The notes beneath the pieces are model-generated. The model was not told the DNA's origin and made no database searches. It saw nothing but the letters and a program-made list of their open reading frames with translations. From Dehalococcoidia bacterium (GTDB lineage: Bacteria > Chloroflexota > Dehalococcoidia > Bin125), in the NCBI GenBank assembly GCA_965261225.1, contig OZ253456.1:771617-835616 (forward strand): DNA of 64,000 nt, read 5' to 3'. Made by a program: the position numbers and the translations under genes. Below, piece by piece: positions 16,684-25,873 of the stretch (positions within the stretch are counted from its first letter, which is position 1; every line of letters begins with the position of its first letter).

Positions 16684-16894
16684 ATTGAGGCTATTGTCAG
16701 GTTGGCAAGTATGCGAGATTCTCTCGCGGAACGGAATCGAAGAACTGAGCCAGCGCGGCAGCCACGTGAGTTCCGTGCCGCCTGACGGCGATCTCGACAG
16801 ACCGCTCACTGTTCCGTTACATGGCGAAGTGCGTCCTGGCACCCTTGTTGCGATCATCAAACGCTCAGGCCTGCCGCGGTCGTTGTTCGAGTAG
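16676..16894 (+). CDS. hicA: HicA toxin (YcfA-like mRNA interferase)
   Basis: 72 aa: ..GWQVCEILSRNGIEELSQRGSHVSS...VPLHGEVRPGTLVAIIKRSGL.. Confidence 0.7.
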   Translation: MARLRLLSGWQVCEILSRNGIEELSQRGSHVSSVPPDGDLDRPLTVPLHGEVRPGTLVAIIKRSGLPRSLFE

Positions 16895-16911
16895 CGGGTA
16901 GCATTCCCTGC

Positions 16912-18237
16912 ATGGCTCTCCCGCTTGAAGGCGTACGAATTCTTGACCTCACCGTCGTCTGGGCGGGGACGTTTGGCACGACGTTGCTGGCTGACCTGGG
17001 CGCTGAGGTGATCAAGGTCGAGAACGTCCACGTCTGGCAGCCGATGACTCGCGGTGGGCAGGCTCGGCCGTCGGCGGAGATGGTCAAGGCTGGGGCGGGC
17101 TGGGCCACGGGATACCCGAACTCGGAGCCGGGTCCGCGTCCGTGGAACTATCCGCCAACGTTCGTGCAGCAGTTCCGCAACAAGCACTCGATGACCGTCG
17201 ACCTGCTCTCGGATGAGGGCCGCGAGATCTTCGCGAGCCTCGTCTCCAAGTCGGACGCGCTGGTCGAGAACAACGCGTCGGGCACGCTCGAAAAGCTGGG
17301 GATCGGCCCGGACTTCCTGCGCCAGGCTCGCGAAGACTTCATCGCGCTGCGCATGCCCGCGTATGGGTCGGACGGACCTTATCGCTTCGCCCGGGCGCTC
17401 GGCGTCCACCTTGAGTCGGTGATGGGACACACTCTCCTGCGCGGCTATCCCGACCTTGACCCGTCGTACATCACGTCGATCTTCTCGGGCGACTACCTCG
17501 CGGGCGCACACGCGGCATTCGCCGTGATGGCGGCGCTCCGGCATCGGCGCCGGACGGGCGAGGGACAGTTCATCGAACTCGCCCAGGCCGAGTGTGCGGG
17601 CGGCATGTTGGCCCAGGCCTTCATGGACTACTCAATGAATGGCGTTGTTCAGGAGCGAATCGGCAACAGGTCGGCGGACGGACATGCGCCGCACAACCTG
17701 TATCCCGCCAGGTCCGACGGTGATGGCGCCGACGGCGGTGATCGCTGGATTTCGATCACGGTGATGGACGACGATCAGTGGCTGGGGTTGCGAGAGGCGA
17801 TGGGAGATCCGGAGTGGGCGCGTGATCCGGCTCTGCGCCACGAGGCAGGCCGGCTGGAGCGCCACGACGAGTTGGACCAGCGAATCTCGGAGTGGACATC
17901 GACTCGCGATGACTACGAGCTGATGCACCTGTTGCAATCCCACGGCGTGCCGGCTGCGCCGGTATTGGATTCATCGCGTGTTCATGACGATCCCCACGTC
18001 CAGCATCGCGGACTCAACGAGTCACATGACCTGTTCGACGATGTCGGGACATTCCGGTTCAACACGCCGTTCCTGCGATTCTCCGAGACGCCGCTCAGCA
18101 TTCGTAAGCCGCCGGTCGCGTTGGGCGAGGACAACGAATATGTCTATCGCGAAGTTCTGGGTTACTCAGACTCGGAAATCGATGGACTTCGAGAACACGG
18201 TCACATCGGTATGGACTACGACCCAGAGATTCCGTAA
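16912..18237 (+). CDS. Family III CoA-transferase (CaiB/BaiF-like)
   Basis: 441 aa: MALPLEGVRILDLTVVWAGTFGTTLLADLGAEVIKVEN... Confidence 0.85.
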   Translation: MALPLEGVRILDLTVVWAGTFGTTLLADLGAEVIKVENVHVWQPMTRGGQARPSAEMVKAGAGWATGYPNSEPGPRPWNYPPTFVQQFRNKHSMTVDLLSDEGREIFASLVSKSDALVENNASGTLEKLGIGPDFLRQAREDFIALRMPAYGSDGPYRFARALGVHLESVMGHTLLRGYPDLDPSYITSIFSGDYLAGAHAAFAVMAALRHRRRTGEGQFIELAQAECAGGMLAQAFMDYSMNGVVQERIGNRSADGHAPHNLYPARSDGDGADGGDRWISITVMDDDQWLGLREAMGDPEWARDPALRHEAGRLERHDELDQRISEWTSTRDDYELMHLLQSHGVPAAPVLDSSRVHDDPHVQHRGLNESHDLFDDVGTFRFNTPFLRFSETPLSIRKPPVALGEDNEYVYREVLGYSDSEIDGLREHGHIGMDYDPEIP

Positions 18238-18373
18238 GCGGCGATGATCGTCGCTCATCGAATCTTGACTATGACTTGACCGTGCGCATACCGAACGTAG
18301 TCCGACCGCTTACACGCGATAAGTAATTTCTTGTCGTCGGGGATGTTCCCTGAGTGCAAGAAAGGAATGCGAT

Positions 18374-18925
18374 GTGGGTGAAACAGCAGGTCAGTGGTTG
18401 GGCAGAGCGTACAAGTGGCTGATGCCGATTGCATTGGTCGCAGCGATCAGCTTGGCAGCGGTCACCGTAATTTCGGCGGCCTCGGATCGCAATGTGCAAA
18501 GCGACGGGCCACGCTGGTCCGAAGGAACGGAAGAGGACAACGAAGACTCCGGCGGTGAATGTGGCCACGGCGGCAAGGGGCTCGGCCGTTGGTCGGGAAT
18601 CGCCGAGTTGGTCGGCACCGATAACGAAGGACTCAAGACCGCGTTTAGCGAAGGCAAGACGCTCGCTGAAATCGCCACGGAGAACGAGATCGAGGTGCAG
18701 TCGGTGATTGACGCCTTGGTCGAAGATGCCAACGAGCGCATTGATGCCGCATTCGAGGCTGGCAAGCTCACCGAGGAAGAGGGCGAGGCCAAGAAGAGTG
18801 ATGCCGCGACGAAGATCGAGGAGTTCGTGAACAACGGCTTCGACGGCGAGGGATTCGGCCATGGTGGCAAGTCGCGCTGGCGAGGCCACGGTCGTGGATT
18901 CGGCGGCAGCGTCGAGCACGGCTGA
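18374..18925 (+). CDS. Hypothetical membrane-anchored or secreted protein with a Gly-rich tail
   Basis: 183-aa ORF with a GTG start after AAAGGAA. N-terminal TM (WLMPIALVAAISLAAVTVI), then helical repeats reminiscent of DUF2680 (..LTEEEGEAKK..). The family assignment is weak. Confidence 0.5.
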   Translation: MGETAGQWLGRAYKWLMPIALVAAISLAAVTVISAASDRNVQSDGPRWSEGTEEDNEDSGGECGHGGKGLGRWSGIAELVGTDNEGLKTAFSEGKTLAEIATENEIEVQSVIDALVEDANERIDAAFEAGKLTEEEGEAKKSDAATKIEEFVNNGFDGEGFGHGGKSRWRGHGRGFGGSVEHG

Positions 18926-19470
18926 TCTTCGCCGGTAAGCAGTAGCGTGGGGGCGCCCTTCGTGGGCGCCCCATTTCCGCTGATTTAGCCGACGTTGACC
19001 GCTCGCTACTTTTCAACAGCTTCCGTTACACTTTGGAGAATTCGCGAAACGCCAACGGTCCACTTGGTTCCACTACGGAAAGTTGTCCGACGCGTCGATG
19101 AACTTTTCGACCAAGTCTGATTCTTCGCAGAAGAACCGCAGCAGGCGAATCGTGAAGCTTGCCAAGCGCAAATTGTGCCCGGCAAATGGACTACGCCATG
19201 TTCCCATCCATCGCAAAATGTTGCGTAGTTTCGATAGCACACGGTGTGTCGGCGAAGGTTTCGCACATTTTCGCTGGATTGGGATGACCAATAGCACTGT
19301 GTAGGTATGGTCTGATTCGAATACAATTAGGATCATAAGGACCCCTTTCAATTGAAAAAACGTATATGAAAACTAGAAATAGAACGAAATAATGTTCCTT
19401 ATAATGTTGATTTGTCTGCTGCTACATCATGTCCATCCCCTTCGCAATGATTTTCGCCAGAAAGAATCCC

Positions 19471-19495
19471 GCGGATCCACGACGGGTGGATCCGC
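19471..19495. terminator. Perfect 10-bp stem hairpin in an AT-rich spacer
   Basis: gcggatccac-gacgg-gtggatccgc. It lies downstream of the 820-aa CoA-transferase gene (minus strand) and of 18374..18925 (plus strand). No U-tract is present. Confidence 0.3.
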
Positions 19496-19676
19496 CCTAG
19501 CGCCGAATGACGCGGGCCGCAAGCTACTGAAGCGATAAGTCGCTGAGTCTACATTATAGCACGTGGGCCTATGGCTAAAATATATGGCAAGTTACATAAC
19601 CTGCATTTCAACTAATGTTTGCGGGAACGCGAGATTGTGAGTAGCATCCATTCTTGGCGAGTGAATCAGATCTCAC

Positions 19677-22088
19677 TCAGCCCAACGTCCCCGCTGCGGC
19701 GAGACGCACCATGTCGTCGTCGCTGTAGTTCAGGAGACCTTGCAGGACTTCTTCGGTGTGTTCCCCCCAGATTGGGGCTCGCACCGCTGGCAGACGTTTG
19801 CCGTCCCAGAGGATTGGCTCCTGTTGGATTTGGAACGTGGGGCCTTCAGGCGACTTGGCTGGGTTGTAGTTGTCGCGCATGGCGAGGTCCTGGCCGAGGA
19901 AGAAGTCCTCGAGCCGTTCGACTGGGCTGGCCGGGACTTCGGCGTTGATCAGCAGACGGTACGAAGTCCACTCGTCCTGGGTGCGGGTCCACTCTGAGAT
20001 TGCGGCTTCCAGCTCGTCCTCGTGCGCTTTGCGACCGCCGAAGTTGCCTAGTTCGTCGCGCGACACCAGGTCGGCGCGCCCGATGACACGGCAGAGGTTG
20101 CGCCAGTCGGCGTCGTTGCGGCAGGCGATGGCGACCCAACGGTCGTCGCCGGCGGCTGGGAAGATGCCGTGCGGCGACATGAATGGTGAGCGGTTGCCCA
20201 TTCGCGGACGCTCGCCCGCGCCGTTGAGCGCTTCGATCAGTTCCGTATCGAGCAGCTGGACTGCGGTTTCGTATTGCGCGATCTCGAGGTATCGGCCTTC
20301 GCCGGTCTGCTCGCGGTGGTCCAATGCAGCCATGACTGAAGTTGCCAGGTAGTAGGGGACGGTGAAGTCGGTATGCAGCGTGCCCAGACCAATCGGCGAG
20401 CGTCCGGGGAAGCCAGAGCGATAGGCCAGACCGCACATCGCGACAATGCCGTTGCCGTAGGAGCGCCACTCGGCGCGTGGACCCTCGATGCCCATTACGG
20501 CGACGTTGCAGACGATGATGTCCTCGTTGATTTTGCGCAGATCGTCGTAGCCGATGCCCCAGCGGTCGAGCCGATACGGCGTGTAGTTCGATGTGACGAG
20601 GTCGGCCTGCCTGGCGAGTTCGCGGACGGCGTCGATGCCCTGCTCGGTCTTGAGATTGAGCGTGACCGACTTCTTGCCGCCGGCGCAGTCGTTGAATGTG
20701 CCGTTGGTATTGATCGAGAAGTGGTCGGGCGGCTGGACGCCTCGATAGCGAATTGGGTCGATCCGCGATTCCGACTCGATCTTGAGCACTTCGGCGCCGA
20801 GGTCGGCCAACAATCGCGTGCCGAGCGAACCGGCGATTGCCCAGGTGAAGTCGAGGACACGGACGCCGTCGAGGGGTCGTCTTGGCGGTGGGGGTGACGC
20901 GAAGAGGACCCCCTCTGCCTTCGGCATCTCCCCCTGCAAGGGGGAGAGTTGATCGAGGCTCGCGAAGACGTCATCTGTGTGTTCGCCGAGGGCTGGGGCG
21001 CGCTTGGCCCGGGGCTCTTCGCCGCGAGTGCGGATGGCTGAACGTGGCAACGTCAGGGTTCTGCCGAGTTGCGGATGATCGACGGTTTGGTAGTAACCGC
21101 GAGCGTGCAGATGAGGATCGGCGGCGACTTCTTCGACCGTATTGATTGGCAACACCAGGAGTCCGAGTTCCTGTCCTCGGTCGTGCAGTTCGGTGATGGT
21201 CAGGGCCTGGCAGAGGCGGGCGATCCATGGTTTGATCTCGTCCGTCTGTTGCTCGCGCCAGAACTCGTCGTCCCACTGCTCACCGCGCAGCTCACCCTCC
21301 TCGAGCCCGAGCACGTCGTCGAGCCAGTTCACGAACCGGTACCAATGGGGCGGATGAATGGTGAAGGACAGCCAGTGACCGTCGCCTGCCTGGAACGTGG
21401 CGCCGGAGCCAATCGGGATGTGACGGTCGGGCGAAATGCCGTGCCAGGTCCACCAGTTGCCACTGGCGGTCTGGAGGGTGGTGAAGGTGACGGCTTCCTG
21501 CAGCGACACGGTGATTCGTCCCACGCCGCCACCGCGCCGCCGCTGCATGATCAGCGCCATTGCCGCCTCGGCCATGGCGATCGAGCCCTGCTTGTGCGAG
21601 AGGTTGCCGGCCGGCCAGACCGGAGGATCCTGGGGATGCCCGTTGAGCACGACGTGTCCACCGGCCGCCATCGCCGTGATGTCGGTCATCGGCTCGTCCG
21701 CGCCGCGACGGAATACCGCGTCGACGAGGGGAATCTCGGACGACCACTCAGCGTTGCGTCCGCGCTCCAGCCAGGCGGCGAGCGCTCCGGAGGACTCCAG
21801 CGGCGCGAGCACGGCGTCGAAGTGCGGCAGCATCGATTCGATCTGCGTCCAGGTGTCCGGGTCGTCGATATCGACGGCGACTGATCGCTTGCCGGCGTTG
21901 TAGAGCAGATGAGCCCAGCCGCGCTCGGCGCGTGGCGCGTCGCCCGGCATCGCCGGCTCGCGCATCCGCAGGTGGTCGCCACGGGCGTCTTCGACGCGAA
22001 TCACGTCGGCGCCGAGGTCGGCCAGGAGTCGAGCGCCGAGGGCGAGCGGTTCGTCGGTGAGGTCGAGAATTCGTGTGTCGTTGAGCAT
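19677..22088 (-). CDS. Tandem-domain (duplicated) family III CoA-transferase
   Basis: ORF 19677..22139, start taken at MLNDTRILDLTDEPLALGARLLADLGADVIRVED. A second complete CaiB-like domain starts at ..PLDGVRVLDFTWAIAGSLGTRLLADLGAEVLKIES.. The two domains are joined by a repeat-derived linker. Confidence 0.8.
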   Translation of the reverse strand: MLNDTRILDLTDEPLALGARLLADLGADVIRVEDARGDHLRMREPAMPGDAPRAERGWAHLLYNAGKRSVAVDIDDPDTWTQIESMLPHFDAVLAPLESSGALAAWLERGRNAEWSSEIPLVDAVFRRGADEPMTDITAMAAGGHVVLNGHPQDPPVWPAGNLSHKQGSIAMAEAAMALIMQRRRGGGVGRITVSLQEAVTFTTLQTASGNWWTWHGISPDRHIPIGSGATFQAGDGHWLSFTIHPPHWYRFVNWLDDVLGLEEGELRGEQWDDEFWREQQTDEIKPWIARLCQALTITELHDRGQELGLLVLPINTVEEVAADPHLHARGYYQTVDHPQLGRTLTLPRSAIRTRGEEPRAKRAPALGEHTDDVFASLDQLSPLQGEMPKAEGVLFASPPPPRRPLDGVRVLDFTWAIAGSLGTRLLADLGAEVLKIESESRIDPIRYRGVQPPDHFSINTNGTFNDCAGGKKSVTLNLKTEQGIDAVRELARQADLVTSNYTPYRLDRWGIGYDDLRKINEDIIVCNVAVMGIEGPRAEWRSYGNGIVAMCGLAYRSGFPGRSPIGLGTLHTDFTVPYYLATSVMAALDHREQTGEGRYLEIAQYETAVQLLDTELIEALNGAGERPRMGNRSPFMSPHGIFPAAGDDRWVAIACRNDADWRNLCRVIGRADLVSRDELGNFGGRKAHEDELEAAISEWTRTQDEWTSYRLLINAEVPASPVERLEDFFLGQDLAMRDNYNPAKSPEGPTFQIQQEPILWDGKRLPAVRAPIWGEHTEEVLQGLLNYSDDDMVRLAAAGTLG
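20904..20948. repeat. Family C repeat copy inside the CDS, forming the inter-domain linker
   Basis: gaggaccccctctgccttcggcatctccccctgcaagggggagag, compared with the intergenic copy gggaccccctcagccttcggcagctccccctgcgagggggagc at 25952-25994. It is translated as ..LSPLQGEMPKAEGVLF.. Confidence 0.75.
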
Positions 22089-22210
22089 TGCAACAGAATA
22101 GTGGGCGCCGTGTCGCGCTCCATGTGCAAGGCTCGCCAACGAGCTGCCTGGTTCGATCTCAATGGTTCCGCTTGCAGAGACTGATGCATCACTCCCCTCT
22201 CCTCCCTTGC

Positions 22211-22409
22211 GAGACCGATGCGTAACCCCCTAACCGCCCCGCCTCCGAGCGGGGGGCTGCTGCCTGCCCGGTTGACGTTTGCCGTCCATGCTCGTCGTGC
22301 ACATCTGGTCGAGAGCGACCAGTCGGTGTTCGGCAGGCGTGGCCCAAGCGGGTCCCCGCTCGGGGGCGGGGACGGGGAAGTTTCCCAAGCGCGACTTTTT
22401 CAACGGTCT
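22211..22409. repeat. Roughly 200-bp composite element (family B hairpins), left arm flanking the HTH gene
   Basis: It starts gagaccgatgcgtaac, contains gggtccccgctcgggggcggggacgg, and ends aagcgcgactttttcaacggtct. It is collinear with the copy at 58293..58500. Confidence 0.7.
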
Positions 22410-22464
22410 GCGCGAGGGGGGAAGGGGGATCGGAGTTGTTCGGAGGTTTCCTGACGGCGATCGG

Positions 22465-23307
22465 TCAGGGATGCGGGGTGGCGGCTTTCGCTTCGGCTTT
22501 GAGTTGGAGGGCGGCCTGTCGGAGTGGGTGGTCGGGGTTGTGTTGGGGGTAGTCGTTGATCCAGTCGCGGGTTGAGTGTTCGAGGAAGGCTCGGACTTCG
22601 TCGGGGACTGCGCTGGGCGGGGTGTGTTCGGTCGGGGGCGGGTTCTTTTGGTCGTTGTTGGCGGATTTGCCGTTGTGGGCTGGGTTTTGGCTGGTTTTCT
22701 GTTCGGATTTGTTCGATTTTGTTCGAATGGGTGCGGCTGGTTCCTCGGCTGGTTCCTCGGTGGGGGCACCGAGCGGGTCCCCGATCAAGTCGGGGACGCG
22801 GGGCGCGGTCGAGTCGGCTGGGCAGGTCATGGGTAGGTCGGGGTCGAGTTCGGTCTGAGCGGGGAGTTGGGCGTTTCGTTCGAGTTTGGCCGATTCCTGG
22901 GGGGTGGGCGGGTGCCTGCGGTTGAGCATGGGGTGGCGGTTGCCGTAGCGGTCGACGGAGACGCCGGCCTGGGTGAGCACGCCGACGCGCTGGTATTCGT
23001 CGTATCGGATCTTGGGGACGGCGGTGAGGAGCAGCCGGAGCTCGCGGACGGCGGCGAGTCGTCGGTCGTGATGTTCGTCGGAGAGGTCGGCAAGCTGGAT
23101 GACGTGGGAGACGATCTGGTCGGCGGCGAGTTCCTGGATCAGGTCGGTGCGGAAGAGTTCGAAGTCGCTGAGGTAGCCGGAGACGGTGGAGTGGGCGCAG
23201 TCCATGCGTTGGGCGATCTGACGGAGGCTGAGTCCCTGCTGCCGGAGTTGGTGCGCGTGGAGGAGTTTGGCGCGTCGGGCGGGGTTGGGGAAGTGGGGGA
23301 AGGACAT
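22465..23307 (-). CDS. HTH-domain protein with a low-complexity C-terminal half
   Basis: 280 aa. The N-terminal ..LRQQGLSLRQIAQRMDCAHSTVSGYL.. is a helix-turn-helix. No DDE or recombinase motifs were seen. Confidence 0.6.
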   Translation of the reverse strand: MSFPHFPNPARRAKLLHAHQLRQQGLSLRQIAQRMDCAHSTVSGYLSDFELFRTDLIQELAADQIVSHVIQLADLSDEHHDRRLAAVRELRLLLTAVPKIRYDEYQRVGVLTQAGVSVDRYGNRHPMLNRRHPPTPQESAKLERNAQLPAQTELDPDLPMTCPADSTAPRVPDLIGDPLGAPTEEPAEEPAAPIRTKSNKSEQKTSQNPAHNGKSANNDQKNPPPTEHTPPSAVPDEVRAFLEHSTRDWINDYPQHNPDHPLRQAALQLKAEAKAATPHP

Positions 23308-23419
23308 GGGGGGCTCCAGGGTGCGAGGTGAGGGGGCATGTATGAGAGTACATATGTTCTTGTTGGTTGATTGGGGTTGGGATGTGTCGTGGGCGACTGA
23401 GAGTTGGGAGCGGGAGGGA

Positions 23420-23541
23420 GGGGGCTGGTCCCCGCTCGGGGGCGGGGACGGTTAGGGCTCAGGCGCCAGTTCTGGTAGGTGGGACTGGAACGGGTCCCCG
23501 CTCGGGGGCGGAGACGGGAATCTGAGTTATGCATCGGTCTC
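23420..23541. repeat. Family B element arm in inverse orientation
   Basis: Two hairpins (ggtccccgctcgggggcggggacgg and gggtccccgctcgggggcggagacgg). It ends gttatgcatcggtctc, the reverse complement of the left terminus with one mismatch. Confidence 0.7.
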
Positions 23542-23807
23542 CGCACGGGGGGGGGAGCGGCCGTCGCGCAGCACATGCGTACCTGGGCGGCGGCAGCCTC
23601 CTCCGCGCCTGCGGCGCACCTCCCACAACGGGGGAGGTCTTGAACCACCGCGAGTTCGCGAGCAGCGAAACACGCCCGAAACATCTGACACATTGCCGAA
23701 ATGTACGCGCAACCGAAATGACATCTGGGCGCAACTCTTATGAAACCACAACATTGCCGACCTTCCATACGTTGCCTTCAGACCGGAATTCGGGAAGGGA
23801 GGCAATT

Positions 23808-25316
23808 GTGATACTTGCCCGATTGGTCAGGACACAGCCACTATCGTTTGGGGCTGTCCGCAAACCTGGACTGGGGTTATTCCTCGGTATCCTCACCGGC
23901 CTGTTGGCCACCGTTGGCATCGCCTATGGACAAAGCGTTGAAGAAAACGCTGCGGCGCTCGCCGACCTTGTCCTCGCGGTTGACACCATTTGGTTTGTCA
24001 TTGCCGGCGTCCTGGTGTTCTTCATGCAGGCTGGCTTCGGATTGCTCGAGGCCGGCTTCGTGCGTGTCAAGAACACCTCCAACATCCTGATGAAGAACGT
24101 GCTCGACGCGTCCGTCGGCGCGGTCGTCTGGTGGGCGGTTGGCTTCGGCTTCGCCTTCGGCGGCAGCCAGGGCGGACTGATTGGCGGTGACTCGTTCTTC
24201 CCCGCGCTCGGTGGACTGACCGACACCAGCGGCGGCGTCTCCGAGGCAGCCGTCTTCTTCTTCCAGTGGGCCTTCGCCGCCACTGCCGCGACCATCGTCT
24301 CCGGCGCCCTGGCCGAGCGAACCAAGTTCAGCGCCTACCTCTTCTACACCGTGTTCGTGACCGGCATCATCTACCCCATCGTGATTCACTGGGGCTGGGG
24401 CGGCGGCTGGCTCGGCGAACGTGGCTTCATGGACTACGCAGGCTCGACCCTGGTCCACAGCGTCGGCGCATGGGCCGGACTGATGGGCGCCATCATGGTC
24501 GGTCCGCGGATCGGCAAGTACGTCGGTGCGGAAATCCGCGCCATCCCCGGCCACAACATGACCCTCGCCACGCTGGGTATGTTCATCCTCTGGTTCGGTT
24601 GGTACGGGTTCAACGCCGGCTCCACCCTCGGACTCTCCGGTGGACTCGCGACCGAGGCCGCCTGGATTGCCATCAACACCACCCTCGCAGCCGGTACTGG
24701 TGCAGTCGTCGCCATGTCGGTCGCCAAATTCCGCTACGGCAAGGCCGACCTCGGTCTGACCGTCAACGGCGCGCTCGCCGGACTCGTCTCGATCACCGCA
24801 GGTTGTGGATTCGTCGAGCCCTGGGCCGCCGTCCTGATCGGCGGCATCGGTGGCGGACTGGTCGTCTTCGCGGTCGAAACGTTCGACCGGATCAAGATCG
24901 ACGACCCCGTTGGCGCAATCTCCGTCCACGGCGTCTGCGGCGTCTGGGGCACGCTCGCGGTTGGCCTCTTCGCCACCGCCGGCGCAGCCGAAGCCTGGGG
25001 CGCTCCCGGACACGGCCTGTTCATGGGCGGCGGCTTCCGCGCCCTGCTCGAGCAGCTGATCGGCGTCCTCTCGATCTTCGCCTGGGTCAGCGTGACCTCC
25101 GCCATCCTGTTCCTCGTGATCAAGAAGACCATCGGACTGCGTGTCTCGGAGAACGAAGAACTGGCCGGACTCGACGTGCAAGAGCACGGCATCGGCGCCT
25201 ACCCCGAGTTCCCGACTGTTGCGCCCGGCGTGGCTGTCGAAATCTCGGCTGGCGAGGAGAGTCCAGCACCGGCTGGCAGCCCATCAGGCGGTGGCGGAGG
25301 CAGCGGAGGCGACTAG
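23808..25316 (+). CDS. amt: Ammonium transporter
   Basis: Frame of ORF 23529..25316, with GTG 23808 after GGGAAGGGAGG. Motifs: ..FFMQAGFGLLEAGFVRVKNTSNILMKN.., ..AISVHGVCGVWGTLAVGLFA.. Confidence 0.9.
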   Translation: MILARLVRTQPLSFGAVRKPGLGLFLGILTGLLATVGIAYGQSVEENAAALADLVLAVDTIWFVIAGVLVFFMQAGFGLLEAGFVRVKNTSNILMKNVLDASVGAVVWWAVGFGFAFGGSQGGLIGGDSFFPALGGLTDTSGGVSEAAVFFFQWAFAATAATIVSGALAERTKFSAYLFYTVFVTGIIYPIVIHWGWGGGWLGERGFMDYAGSTLVHSVGAWAGLMGAIMVGPRIGKYVGAEIRAIPGHNMTLATLGMFILWFGWYGFNAGSTLGLSGGLATEAAWIAINTTLAAGTGAVVAMSVAKFRYGKADLGLTVNGALAGLVSITAGCGFVEPWAAVLIGGIGGGLVVFAVETFDRIKIDDPVGAISVHGVCGVWGTLAVGLFATAGAAEAWGAPGHGLFMGGGFRALLEQLIGVLSIFAWVSVTSAILFLVIKKTIGLRVSENEELAGLDVQEHGIGAYPEFPTVAPGVAVEISAGEESPAPAGSPSGGGGGSGGD

Positions 25317-25418
25317 CCAAATCGCTACCTTCGTGGCAGGCGGCGGTGGCCGACAGCACAGACCACCGCCGCGCACCACACCGCTCCAGTTCCAGTTCCA
25401 GTAGGAAGGAACACGATC

Positions 25419-25757
25419 ATGAAAATGGTGATCGCCATCATCCGCCCCGAACGACTCGCCGTCGTTCGCACGGCGCTCGAGGAAATCGGGATCGTCTCGA
25501 TGACCATCTCCGAAGTCCGCGGACGCGGCGCTCAGAAGGGTATCGTCCAGGAGTTCCGAGGACAGAAGGTGCAGGTCGACTACCTGCCCAAGATCAAGGT
25601 CGAAATCGTGATCAACACCACGCCGCTTGACGACGTGATTGAGGCGATTGTCGAGAACGCGGCATCCGGCAACATCGGCGACGGCAAGATCTTCGTGCTC
25701 GATGTCGAAGACGCCGTTCGAGTGCGCACCCGTGAACGAGGCCCGGCCGCCGTCTAG
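25419..25757 (+). CDS. glnK: P-II nitrogen regulatory protein
   Basis: 112 aa: MKMVIAIIRPERLAVVRTALEEIGIVSMTISEVRGRGAQKG...GDGKIFVLDVEDAVRVRT. It lies immediately downstream of amt. Confidence 0.9.
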   Translation: MKMVIAIIRPERLAVVRTALEEIGIVSMTISEVRGRGAQKGIVQEFRGQKVQVDYLPKIKVEIVINTTPLDDVIEAIVENAASGNIGDGKIFVLDVEDAVRVRTRERGPAAV

Positions 25758-25873
25758 CGACCGACGGCCGATCCCCCTTCGCGGGGACCGGTTGGGGCGG
25801 GGGCAACTCTACGGAGCAGCCCCCGCTTCATTCGTTTAACTCGCCAAACAAGTCCTGTCGCTCTGGCTCCTTT

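Noticed and set aside
19006-19351. Short ORFs (92, 106 and 73 aa) in the AT-rich segment
   Set aside because: No family resemblance and no ribosome-binding sites were seen, and the frames are mutually overlapping. The evidence is insufficient to call a gene.
22400-23353. 317-aa alternative frame overlapping the HTH gene
   Set aside because: It is a Pro/Arg/Thr-rich low-complexity shadow frame. The 22465..23307 frame has a clear helix-turn-helix.
23877-25187. 436-aa minus-strand ORF
   Set aside because: It is antisense to the clearly real ammonium transporter gene, with a Gly/Asp/Glu/Ala-rich shadow translation.
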